A stretch of 64,000 bases of DNA from Oikopleura dioica (taxonomy: Eukaryota; Animalia; Chordata): positions 11,904,001 through 11,968,000 of the forward strand of contig OU015569.1 of assembly GCA_907165135.1 (NCBI GenBank), read 5' to 3'. The number at the start of each line of letters is the position of its first letter. Position 1 is the first letter of the stretch. Position numbers and translations under genes: made by a program. The notes under the pieces were generated by a model. That model made no database searches and was not told where the DNA came from. It saw nothing but the letters and a program-made list of their open reading frames with translations. This document shows, piece after piece, positions 11,750 to 23,729 of the stretch.

Positions 11750-13472
11750 ATGAAGAAAATTGCTGCGTTCTTGAGCTTTTCTCGTGTTTTGGGAGCTTCC
11801 GTTTTTGGCAGTGGAGATTCAAATTTGAACCCGGAGAGCTGTGGCGACTCTTATCAGCTTTATGTTTCGCAGTGGATTCTCGACAATGCCCAGTTGACTA
11901 CGGACAGAGATTACGCCTACTACTATGATGATTACTACGACTACTACGGCGAGGAAGTTGACGAAGAGGAGGAAGGAGGGAACGAAACGGCCGAGGCGGC
12001 GAAAAACATAACTGTCTCTTGCGGAGTCCCGATGTTCGCAGACGAAGCAGACCGAACTCCCACCTGTTCGTTGGTAACGGAAGAAGACGAGGAACACATT
12101 GTCGATACAGGAAGAATTTTGGGCGCCAACGAGGCGATTCCGCACTCGCATCCTTGGCTAGCCGCGCTGCAGATCAAAAAAGTAAAATAACATTTTTATT
12201 TTGTGCTTTATTTTTGACTTCAGTCGAAAAAGCACTTTTGCAGCGGATCGATTCTGAACTCGAGGTGGATCATCACCGCCCAGCACTGTCGATTCAACGT
12301 GGAAAAGGACGAAATTGTGGTTGGAGCTCATAAACGGTAGGATGAATCTAAGGGAGTTCGCGTGGTTATATTTTATATCGGCTTCGTGAGGATCTAGACT
12401 AGGGTTTGAACAACAGTTTGAGAAAATAAAATAAGGGTGTTGCTTTATCAAATCCAGAAAAATTGTGGCTGAAAATCAAGCTGACCTTGTACCGTGGTAT
12501 ATCCCCTTAATCCAATCAAATCCGATGGAAAGCCAGACTATGTCTTTATAGAGATCGATTTGAAAATTCGGATGGTGGGTTAATAACATAAACGGTGAGA
12601 TAAGGAACAACAGCTTGGGTCCCAAGTCTTGGGAAAATGAAATAAGGGTGTCGCCATATGAAGTTCATATCATGAACTCTGGAAAAAGTTATGATCAAAA
12701 CCCGGGTTCGCGCTGTCCGCCCCCTCATTTAATTTAATCCGGTAGGAATGGATAAAGCCAGACTTTGTCTTTATAGAGATCGATTTGAAAATTCGGATGG
12801 CGAGTTTTACGAAGCCGAGCAAAAAGTGGATCATCCGTTGACCCGAGCCGCTCGCGGGGGAATCCAAGACTTCGACATTTCATTATTGCGAACGAAAAGA
12901 GCGATTGATTTTTCGTCGAGGGTTTTTCCAATTTGTTTGCCTTCTTCGCCGCCGGAACGGGATTCCTGCTTCTTTGCCGGCTGGGGAAGGACTGTTGCGA
13001 TGCCGCCAGAGGTTGTTCTAGTCCTTGTTCTTGTTCTTTTTGAGTTATGAAATTACAGTACCCCGATAATCTGCTGGAAACGCACATCGAAATCAACGCA
13101 AACTGCGGCCCATTTGAACTGTTGCTCAGCGAGCACTCCTTCTGCGCCGGCTACCACGGAACCAGCTCTGGCTGCGTTGGCGACTCTGGCGGCCCCCTCG
13201 TCTGTGCGCGAACTACTGATGATTTTACTTACACAAGATTCGAGATTTCTGGCATTTCCAGCTGGTCCGGCCGAAGCTGTTACCCCGCCAATCCTACTGG
13301 CTTTATGAAAGGAAAGGTTCAGTCAGCATGATATCAAGAAATCATATGGTCAATCAAAAACAGGTCAAAAGCCTTTCAATCCTCATCGTATTTGTTAAAC
13401 GTACTGAATCTTCTGAAAGTTTACTCTCCGCCGATTCTTGGCTTCATTCAAAGAACCATTTCAAATATTTGA
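11750..13472 (+). CDS. Secreted trypsin/chymotrypsin-family (S1) serine protease with acidic Tyr/Asp-rich propeptide
   Basis: Signal peptide; activation site R-ILGANEA; HFCSGSIL..WIITAQHC (His), DFDISLL (Asp), GDSGGPLVC (Ser). The last exon is inferred through a GA-AG intron (KVYSPPILGFIQRTISNI-stop 13472). Confidence 0.9.
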
Positions 13473-13869
13473 ATTTCTGTCATGTATAATTTTTAAATTT
13501 ATCAAGTTTTCTTGAATTTAATAAACTTATTTATTATCAAACAAAAAGTGTTTTTTTTTCCCCAAAATAGTTTTTTGATGCCTTTTTGTTTTTGAGTAAT
13601 TTAATCGCCGGTTTCTAAAATTCATCCTTGTCTACCTCGCCGCGGGGCTGTTCCAGATGAATGGGTTTTTCTGCACTGACGGGTGTCAAGCTAGAACTAG
13701 TCCTTACCCGTCGTAAAGAAGGACTAGAGCACTAAAACGCTGATAAAGAGCGCGCTCTTCATCGTCTTCTTCGTAATTCCTGGCGCCTTTGTTTCTGTCC
13801 GGCCACTTCGTTCTTTCAGAATTTACGATTTTGAGCGCTGCGCTCGAATCAATCAATTTTTGTTTTTTT

Positions 13870-16800
13870 GAGAAAAAGCATGAAGAAAAAGAGAAAGAGA
13901 AAATCGACCTGTCCAAAGGAGAGACGACTAAAAAGGATGAAAAAGAAAAGAAAGAGCCGCTGAAGAAAGTTTCTTATTTCAAACTCGTAAGTTTCAAATT
14001 CAAAAAGAAAAGATCGTCGGATTGATTTTTTCCGAGAAATCTAAGATCGTTTTTGTTAGTACCGATTTGCCACGAAGACAGACTGGCTGTTGATTTCGCT
14101 GGGATGGTTTGCCGCGATTTTTGTTGGCGTTTCTCAGCCGGCGATGATTATTTTCTTTGGAAATGCACGGGATCATTTATTCTCAATTACAGTTTTTTTT
14201 TACTGTATATTTACTGATGCATTTTTTCAATCATATTACTTTCATTTTTATCTCGGCTTGGCAACCTGAGTAGAAAACCTGAGCCAGGCTCTGGAAGAGC
14301 TAAAATGAAAAGCCGCGTAGCGGCTTTTTTAAAACGAAGCCGCAGGAGTTTGAAGAACCTTTATGAGGTTCATTTGCGAAGCCGCTTTGCGGCTTCGGTT
14401 TTAAAAGCCGCTAGGCGGCTTTTCATTTTAGCTCTTTCAGAGCCTGACTCAGGTTTTCTACTCAGGTTGCCGAGCCCAGATTTTTATTGTTAGGAAAATT
14501 ATGGGTAAAAGTTCTTGACTTTCAAAATGCTGTTGGTTATAATTTCATAATTATCAATCACTAGAATAATAATAATGTAAGTTGCTAAGCGACTTTAGTA
14601 TCCGGTAGTAGACACTTTGTTCGAAAAGGTAACTCAATAAAGATGAATGAGCCCCTCTCTAGTCTGTAAATGACTTTACATCTGCTGGAAAGTTCCAGGC
14701 CTGCTTTCCTGGCGATTCCGAAGCATTGGCTGCTTTGGGAAATGGAACTGGCTCGCTGGACCAAGTTTCTGATTTCTGTAAATTGACGTTGGCGACTCTC
14801 AACGAGCGGGAAAAGGCGCTGTATACCGAAGGAGATGGAGCTGCGATTTCTGGAACGATGATGGACAATATTTGGTGGTTCATCGGACTCGGCGCAGTCG
14901 TCTGGCTCGCTGGGTGGATCCAGACCGCGTGTCTTATGTACTCCTCGGATCGACAAGTCAACCAGCTCAGGAATGGAGATAACGAGCGTCAGCTTAGAAT
15001 TCGACGTGTCACAATGATTTTGAAAAGAAAATAACTCAAGCGAGCTTTAGATTTAGATTCGACCACCCAAATCAAAAAATAGCTGATCTTTCATTAATTC
15101 TTCCATGTGTATTTAACGTAATGATACCCTTAATTTATTACATGAAAAGATAGCCATGAAATATATTTTCGAAAATCTCCATAAAAGAGCGACTTACTTT
15201 GCCTCGGTAGTGCGCCAAAACATCGGATATTTCGACACCCACGACACTGGCGAGTTAAACACGCGTATGTTCGACGATGTGAAGAAAATACAAGATGGAA
15301 TCGCTGAAAAAGTCGGCATTGCTATTCAGTCACTCGCGCAGTTCATCGGAGGCATCATCATTGCCCTTGTTTACGGCTGGAAGCTCGGGCTTGTTTGCGT
15401 CGCTCTTTTGCCTGTGATCGGCATTTCCGGCTTTTTGTTCTTTTACATGACGACTTCCGCTTCAAAAGCAGAACTCGACGATTACGCCGAAGCTGGCGGC
15501 ATCGCGGAGGAAGTTCTTGGCGCGATTCGCACCGTCACTGCTTTCGGCGGACAAGCTTTCGAAAACAAGCGTTATTACAGCCCACTTTTGCGCGCCCAAT
15601 TTTCCGGAATCAAAAAGTCAGCGCTGGCTGGATTCGCCATTGGTTTCTTCTTCCTCGCCATGTTTTGCGTTTATGCTCTTGCCTTCTGGTACGGGGCGGA
15701 GCTGGTCATTACTGACGGCTACGATGTTGGGCGAAAGCTCATAGTGTTCTTCGGCGCGATTATTGGGGGCTTTGGACTCTCCCAAATGGGCCAAAACTTG
15801 GAGTACTTGGGCACAGCGCAGGCAGCAGCCTACAGCGTCTTCGAAATCATTGACCGAGTTCCAGAAATTGACGTTTACTCTACAAAAGGAAAGAAGCTCG
15901 CCGATGTGAAAGGAACCATCACCTTCAAAGACGTCAAGTTCACTTATCCGTCCCGACCCGAGCAAGAAATTCTGAAGGGCGTAAGCTTCACGGCCGAGGC
16001 TTCTCAGACAACCGCTCTGTGTGGCGCTTCTGGGTGTGGCAAGTCGACATGCTTCCAACTCATTCAACGGTTTTACGACGCCATAGATGGTCAGGCAATG
16101 AGTTTATTACACTAACCGAGGTTCGAGAAAATTCGAACTTTTTACGGCCTGCAATTCATCTTTCTTTCGGCAGATTTATTGAAAACCTGAGTCAGCATCT
16201 AAAAGAGTTCAAATGAAAAGCCGCAAAGTGGCTTTTTTTGAAGACAAAGCCGCAAAGCGGCTTCGCCAGGAGCTAAAAATAGACTGATATCGTGATGATT
16301 GGAAGCCGCTTTGCGGCTTTTCTCAAAACCTGACTCAGGGTTGCCGACCAGAGACTCCTATCTCTTCACTTGTTTGTTGTTTGTCTAAACTCTGACAGGT
16401 TCTAATTGACGGACATGATATAAAAGACTTGAATCTCGCCTGGTTCCGTGAAAATGTCGGAGTCGTCAGTCAGGAGCCGATTTTATTTGACGGCTCTGTG
16501 GAAGAAAACATTCGACTAGGACGACTCGATGTGACGAAGGACGAAATCATCACAGCGTGCAAGCAAGCCAATGCTTACGACTTTATCCAAAAGCTTCCGG
16601 CAGTTTGGGAGACCAACGTCGGCGAAGGAGGCGCCACTCTTTCGGGAGGGCAAAAGCAGCGAATCGCCATCGCCAGAGCTCTTGTTCGAAATCCGCGAAT
16701 TCTTTTGCTCGACGAAGCCACTTCCGCGCTCGACACTGAGTCGGAAAAGATTGTTCAACAGGCGCTAGAAACTGCCTCGCTCGGAAGAACAACACTTGTC

Positions 16801-19800
16801 ATTGCACACAGGTAAATAAATATTCCAATTCACTTGAAAATAAAAAATTTAGATTGTCGACGATCAAAAAAGCGGACAAAATCATCGGTTTCAAAAATGG
16901 CGAAAAAGTGGAAGAAGGAAACAACGAATCGTTGCTCCAAATCGAAGATGGAGTTTACAAGACACTCTCGAATATGCAAACCTATGTTGATGAAGACAAC
17001 GAAGACGGAAAGACGGAAAAGGAGGAATCACTCAAAACCGTTTCCAAAGATGATGTGATTACGGAAGTAAGCAAGAAGGGAGCTGAAGGACCGGATTTTT
17101 GACAGCAATTTTTGTTTTCGTATCAAAAATATTGATTTTTTTGTTAATAGAATTGGTCTTCTATGTTGTCAAAAACCGAGAAAAAGAGAAATCAGCTTCG
17201 AAAATCGACGAAAAGAAAAAGAAAGAAGAAACAAATGAAGATATTGCGGAGCGAGAAGGACTTCCCGAAGTGAGCTGGGGCCAAATCATGAAAATGAACA
17301 GTCCCGAGTGGCCTTTCATCGTTGTTGGAGCCATTTTTGTCAGAGTTTTTCACTATTTTTTATGACTTTAGAAATCTATTGCCACTTCTGTTTTGAAAGC
17401 CAATTATTTATTGAAAAAAACTGACATTGAAAAACTCACGGGCAGCGGTTTCAACTGGCGCGATCCAGCCGATTTGGGCAATTGTCTTCGCAAATGTACT
17501 TGAAAACTACTCCGAGTTCAATTGCGCCTACAATCAAGACATCAGCGCATTGAGCGGGAATCAGACTTTGAACTTTGGCCTCGGTGATTTCACCGTAGAC
17601 GTGGACGCCTTGAAAGCAGATGAGAAAGGGTGCAGATTGGATGGATTCAGAGACGAGATTCGCTTCTGGGCTGGAATGTTTGCTGTTCTAGGAGTCGGGC
17701 AGTTCATCGGCTACGGCTTTCTCAACTGGATGTTCGGCTTTTCTGGCGAATACATGACCACGAGGCTCCGAGCGCAGTCGTTCGCCAAACTCCTCAGACT
17801 AGATATGGGCTATTTTGACGAGCCACTGAACTCGACAGGTAAAAACAATCGTTGTTGATTTCCTCAAAAGATTGACACTGATTTATTTCAGGTGCGCTTA
17901 CCGCGAGATTAGCTTCGGACGCCGGCAAAGTTCAAGGAAAGTATTCACTTCACTCTTCAGTATCCATGGTTTTTTTTATTAAATAATCAAACAAATTAAT
18001 GAATACGGATGAAAAGGTGCAACGGGCCGACGAGTGAGTCAAATGTTCATCAATATCGGCGCCCTTGGATGTGGTCTCGGAGTGGCCTTCTATTATGAAT
18101 GGCGACTTTGTCTCCTCACCTTTGCTTTTCTGCCGTTCATGATTGTTACTCAGGCGTTGATGATGAAACTGATGACGGGCAACTTTGGTGGAAACGAACA
18201 ACTCGCGATCGAAACCGCCAGCAAAGTAAATCGCTAACAATCAAAGCCATTTTACAAAAAAAAACTGTAGGTAGCGACAGAAGCAACAACAAACATCCGA
18301 ACAGTCGCAGGACTCGGCCGAGAAGCCCATTTCGGCAAAATCTACAAAGAAAACATCGACGCTACTTTCCAAGGAAAAGGCAAGAAGATCAACATTTATG
18401 GAATCCTCTACGGCGCCAGTTTGGGAGTGATGTTCTTCATGTACGCCGGTCTCTTCCGCTTCTCGATGTTTTTGATCGACGAGGGAATCATCGATATTTC
18501 GAGAACTTCGGACATCTTCAGAGTCTTGTTCGCGCTTGTTTTCGCCGCTTTCACTGCAGGATCGGGTCCAGAAAAGACAAGACTTGACAATTTAAATTCA
18601 ATAATTTCTGATTCCAGCATCCATTCCAAAAATAGTTTTGCGACTCTTGAACAGGCCAATCCGCTGGAATGGCACCAGATTACGGTCAAGCAGTGTTAGC
18701 AGCTCGCCGTGTCGTTAAACTTCTCGAATACCCGCTCTTGATTGACCCCGAATCTACCAAAGGCCAAAAGCCTCAAATCACCGGCAAGGTGGAATTCTCC
18801 TCCGTCGAGTTTTCCTACCCAACTCGCAAAGACGTACTCGTGCTAAAAGGACTCAAGACCATCGTCGAGCCAGGCCAAACACTCGCGCTCGTGGGCCAAT
18901 CTGGCTGTGGAAAATCCACATGCATTTCGCTCCTCGAAAGATTTTACAACGCATCGGCTGGTGAGGTCAAAATCGACGGTGTCGACATTACTGACATTAA
19001 CTTGAAATGGCTGCGTTCCAATGTCGGACTTGTCCAACAAGAACCTGTGCTTTTTGCCAAACCGGTTTTTCATTTCTGTGATTTTGAGAAGGCACTTTAG
19101 GGTGGGCTCGGCAACCTGTGCAGAAAACCTGAGTCAGGGTCTAAAAGATCTCTAGACAAAAGCCGAGTAGCGGCTTTTTAATAAACGAAACAGAATTCAA
19201 AAAATGAGTGAAATAATTTAACAAGATAATTTGGCGAAGCCGCTTTGCGGCTTCGTTTTCAAAAGCCGCGTAGCGGCTTCTTATTACAGATCTTTCAGAC
19301 CCTGACTCAAGTTTTCTATACAGGTCGCCGAGCTCAGGCCCTTATAAAGTGAAATTCTCCGTTGATTTCTATGAAAAACCATGAAAAGACACGACAATTA
19401 CCAACAACATCTTGTACGGACTAGATGACGAAATTTCTTCTGGAGATCGAAAATCGAACAAAGTCGGAGTTGAACAATTCTCAAGAGAAGACATCGAAGC
19501 GGCGCTGAAAGAAGCAAATGCGTATGACTTTGTTATGGAGCTTCCGCAGGGGCTAGAAACCCGCTGCGGCAAGAAGGGATCGCAACTGAGTGGAGGACAG
19601 AAGCAGAGAATCGCCATCGCCAGGGCGTTAATTCGAAAGCCAAAGATTCTGTTGCTGGACGAGGCGACAAGCGCCCTCGATACCGAAAGCGAAAAGGTAC
19701 AAATTGGCTTTTCTGGGAACAAAATTTGAAAATCTGTTTAGATCGTGCAAGATGCGCTTGACAAGGCGCGGCAAGGGCGGACTGCGATTCTGATCGCGCA

Positions 19801-19933
19801 CCGACTTTCCACCGTTATCAACGCGGACGTCATCGCCGTCGTCGACAACGGCGTCATCGTGGAAAGCGGCCGCCACCAAGAACTACTGGACAAACGAGGC
19901 GCTTACTACAACCTCATCAGATCCCAATTATAG
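13870..19933 (+). CDS. ABCB1: ABCB1/P-glycoprotein full ABC transporter, about 12 exons, start codon not resolved
   Basis: KVSYFKL N-terminus; TMD1 ([23 protein letters not shown]); NBD1 [35 protein letters not shown]; TMD2; NBD2 [32 protein letters not shown]; stop at 19933. Confidence 0.95.
14255..14476. mobile_element. MITE family A, long copy A3 (ABCB1 intron)
   Basis: ggcttggcaacctgagtagaaaacctgagccagg ... cctgactcaggttttctactcaggttgccgagcc, with internal AAGCCGC/GCGGCTT palindromes. Confidence 0.9.
16167..16349. mobile_element. MITE family A, degraded long copy A4 (ABCB1 intron)
   Basis: gaaaacctgagtcag ... aaagccgc/gcggctt modules ... cctgactcagggttgccgacc. Confidence 0.8.
19105..19334. 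mobile_element. MITE family A, long copy A5 (ABCB1 intron)
   Basis: ggctcggcaacctgtgcagaaaacctgagtcagggt ... accctgactcaagttttctatacaggtcgccgagc. Confidence 0.9.
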
Positions 19934-20453
19934 AATTTTAAGAAAAACAAGTTCAATCTTTTAAATAAAGCAAATCAAACGCTTCTTTATCAATTTTCCG
20001 ATTTCTCCTCAATCATTCAGGCTTGGTGACTAACAACAATTTCTCGTGCTACTACTGTATTATCGCTGCAAATTACAGTTAAATAGACCCTCAATTTTAA
20101 TTAAAAAACCTACTAAAAATTACTTTTACTGATATTCTATTGAGTTCTTCATTTCCTAAATAATCCCTTTTTGAAATTATGAAATTTGTCTTCAATAAAA
20201 TTTCCAAATAAGAAAAGTTAAAATGTTTACGTATTTTTCCCGCATAAAATATGAAACGAAAAATTATTTGATCGCGCGCTGATTTGACTCTGCGACGTCA
20301 AAACCAGACGGTGCTCTTGTTGCGCTGAGCACCGCGCGGTCAAACTGACTTCAGTCGAATTTCTGCGTTCAAAGAGGTAAGAGCAGAGATAAATTTCCGA
20401 ATAAAAAATTGGTTTTTGAATGAAACCATCAAGAATTTAAAAGGGCTTAAATA

Positions 20454-20600
20454 AAAAGCCGCGTTGCGGTTTTCGCGAAAACGAAGCCGCGAAGCGGCTT
20501 CGCCAATTTTCAAAAAAATTATTTTGTAAAAGCCGCTGCGCGGCTTTTTTATGAAAGCACTTTCGATTGAGTTGTAGTTCGAAGCCGCATGCGGCTTTTC
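20454..20600. repeat. Cluster of four AAGCCGC-N2-4-GCGGCTT palindromes (family A internal module without TIRs)
   Basis: aaagccgcgttgcggttt, gaagccgcgaagcggcttc, aaagccgctgcgcggcttt, gaagccgcatgcggctttt. Confidence 0.75.
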
Positions 20601-20809
20601 GATTTTAGTCAAAAGAAAATTTCAAAAAGGAAAGGATTATTTTCCATCCTGAGAAATTCCCATTTTACGGCCTGGGGTGGTTCATATTTGTGCGCACTTA
20701 AAATTTGCTTTGCTTCAATAACGACCCAGGGCGGCTGCGTGAAATCAGTCTCACGTCGAGTCGTCAAGGGCGCTCAGCATAGCGAAGCAAATATGGCGCC
20801 CAGCGCGGG

Positions 20810-20850
20810 CCAATCAAGGCGCGCCGACTCGAATGCGCGCGAGATTTGAA
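20810..20850 (+). promoter_or_regulatory. Putative CCAAT plus CDE/CHR promoter of RacGAP1
   Basis: CCAAT at 20810-14; CGCGC-gaga-TTTGAA at 20836-20850; ATG at 20894. Confidence 0.45.
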
Positions 20851-20893
20851 CGAATTTATTTTAGATTCTGGACTGCCAAAAATACGCTCAAAA

Positions 20894-23267
20894 ATGGCAA
20901 AGAGGGTTGCTCCACCACCACCACTGAAGAATTTCCAGAGCTTCAGAGAAACACTAAAGAACCTCAATGAAGCGCGGGTAAGTTTCTATTTTTTTTAGTA
21001 AATATAAGAATTTTTAATTTATTATCAAAATTTGAAATGTTTAACTAAAAAAATTTTTCAGGAGGTCAATCAAAACTCGTCTCTTCTTTCGATGTTTGAT
21101 GACATCACGAATCAGATGAAACAAACAACGAAAGAAAAGTACGAAGCTGAAGACACCCTACTCCTTTTGGCGCAGAAAATGATGACCCTCCAACAACAGT
21201 ATCAACAGCGCGACCAGGACGCGACTTCCCTCGCAAAAAAGAACCGTGAATTGCAGAAACAGCTGCAGACGGTGACGACGCAACTCAATCACAACTCCAA
21301 GTAAGTCTTCTCTTTTCAGAACAGTCAAAACATTCTATATTACTAATTTCTAAATAGTATCTATTTGAAAACAACAAGGTTTGGGGCTTTTTTTTTTCTT
21401 TTGAGTTGAAAGATTTTTATCGTTTTGTTTTGGATTTGAAATTGAGCTAAAAATTGTCGATTGAATTTGTTTCTAACTATTTTTTTTCAGGACGGTGGTG
21501 AGCTTGGAGACGGAGAACGCCACTCTCCAAGCCGAAATCGGGGAGTTGGAGGACGTCGTCGCGCTCTGCAAAGAAGTGATCCTGGACAATGAAGGAGGAC
21601 AAATCGGGAGCGACATTGGCCCGGAGAAGAAGCAACGGCTGATCCGGGCGGTCTCCCGACAGAAGTCGATGAAGCGCCGGCCGATCCCGCAGAACCGAGT
21701 CATTCACGAGACGTTCGAGGATGACAGCCAGTACGACTTGCTGAACAACTCGGACGTCATCGACAGGACGACGGAGGACGCTCTCGACGATGACGTGATG
21801 AACTCGTCGCGATTGAACATTTCGATCAACTCGCGAAAGCGGCAAATGTCGAGAACGATGCGGCGGCGATCCGGCGATCGAGAAAGCGAACAGACCGACG
21901 ACACGGACTCGTTCTGGAACGTGAAGACTCCAGTGCGCGCCAAGCTCAAGATGTCCTCGCTGACGAGCCCGGCCAAGATGGGAAAATCGCCCTCGTTTGT
22001 GAATCACTGCTGGGAGAAGCGGTCGATTCACAATCCCATCACCAAGGAATGCGAAGTTTGCTCCAAAAAGATCAAATTCGCGTCCGAAGCGTTCAAGTGC
22101 AAGACTTGCCGCTTGGCCGTCCACAGTCAGTGCAGATTCGACGTCGCCAAAGCTTGCCTGGTCCAGTCCGAAGCCATCACCACAAAGCGTCCGCTGATTG
22201 AGGTGAGCTCAAACTCGAGCTATCAAACGTATTGACGCGTTTTTTTTAGTACTGCGCGAATCGCAATGTTCACCCGCTGATTCCGCAGTTTGTCTACCAA
22301 GCGGTTCACGAAGTCGACGCTAGAATCCTCGAGGAAGGCATCTACAGAATCTCCGGAGCGGCGAAAGAAGTCAACGAGCTGAAAAAGGTAATAACTTTTC
22401 AATCTTTTTAACAAGCTGAATTATTTTTAAGAAAATGATTTCTGGCCGAGTCACGACGCAGCATCTGAAGACGATCACGGACACAAACGTGATCTGCTCG
22501 ACGCTGAAGGACTTTTTCCGGAACATGATCGATCAGCCTCTGTTGACCTGGGCGCAGATGCCGTCGTTCATCCAAGCCTACAAGGATGAGAACGCGACGC
22601 TGCTGAAGGATCTCTTCTCCGAGCTGCCCGACGTCCATCGAGATACCCTCGCATTTATGCTCATTCATCTGATTCAGGTAAACACGAATCAAGTCTTTCT
22701 CCAATAATCTCTTGAAAACATAGGTGTCCCAACGCTCTGACCAGAACCGAATGACGATCGAGGCTATTTCAAAAAGCGTCGGCCCAAGTCTCATCGGCTT
22801 CGTAACTGAATCGCCCGATGCCAATCAAATCCACGAGGCATCCATCTATCAGGTAAAGCAATTTGGAAATCAAGGAAGACTTCCTGGTTGAATTATCTTT
22901 AGTAAAGGGCATCATTAATTTTTGAGCATTTTCTTTCGCCCTCTACTTTGGACAATTCTCTCTTCTTTCATTACTAATTTTTTATTTCTAGCACGGACTT
23001 CTGAAAGCACTACTCAACCTGGGCAGTGCTTTCTTCGAAAAGTTCATGAAAGGTGATGATACAGTGACAAGTCCGGTCTCTTCATTCGCCACCACTTGCG
23101 TCACCAACCACTCCTACGACGCTTTTGGCGACATAAAGGTAAGCTTTCAATTTTCGACTCGCGAAATTGCTAACTTTGAATTTCAGACGACCTACACGAA
23201 TAAGTCGATCCTCGGGAGGGGCTTCCCAGATGGACGAAAGTCCAACAACAAGAAGCTCTTCTCGTAA
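20894..23267 (+). CDS. RACGAP1: Rac GTPase-activating protein 1 (MgcRacGAP/CYK-4, centralspindlin)
   Basis: N-terminal coiled coil; C1 domain HCWEKRSIHNPITKECEVC..AFKCKTCRLAVHSQC; RhoGAP EEGIYRISG, DTNVICSTLKDFFRNM..PLLT, HRDTLAFMLIHL. Confidence 0.88.
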
Positions 23268-23729
23268 CTGCACTTCCGCCGCTCCACGCAGATCGACTCT
23301 ATTCACTTCACCTCACTGTCACTTCATCTCACCTTTACCTCCGGCTCTGTATAATAAAAAAATAGTAAAAAGCCAAAAAAGTCTTTGTTAGTCTTCCTTG
23401 ATTGCAGTCGCAGCATTGTCAAAATAAGCAGTTGCCTTATCATTAATCCAAGCAATTAAGAAAACCTTCATCTGCAAATAAATCTTGAACATCGAACAAA
23501 GGGATTAAGGGTGTTCTTATGAAAATATAAGCTTTAATAAGGGTGACCTTTAACTCGTGAGACGCTGGGGCAAGATTGTGCAGCCTTGCCTGGGGCGGTG
23601 CTGCATTGGTGCTCGGACTGGCTACGCAGCTACCACTCCACCACCACCCGCACCACCATTGACTACTTTCGTAAAGCACCCGCTCGTACACTAGAGAAAT
23701 AAAAAAGAGAGAGAGGCAGAAAAAGAAAT

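Noticed and set aside
15618-16067. 149-aa minus-strand ORF and similar short ORFs across ABCB1
   Set aside because: Antisense or alternate-frame overlaps of a well-supported CDS.
18560-18654. GA-AG intron in ABCB1 TMD2
   Set aside because: A GT donor at 18566 keeps the frame equally well, so a non-canonical donor is not required.
19040-19390. A non-canonical or broken splice junction around MITE A5 in ABCB1 NBD2
   Set aside because: I could not find one donor/acceptor pair that cleanly restores EPVLF-xTI by eye; left unresolved rather than called a disruption.
21477-22124. 215-aa minus-strand ORF
   Set aside because: Antisense shadow of the large RacGAP1 exon.
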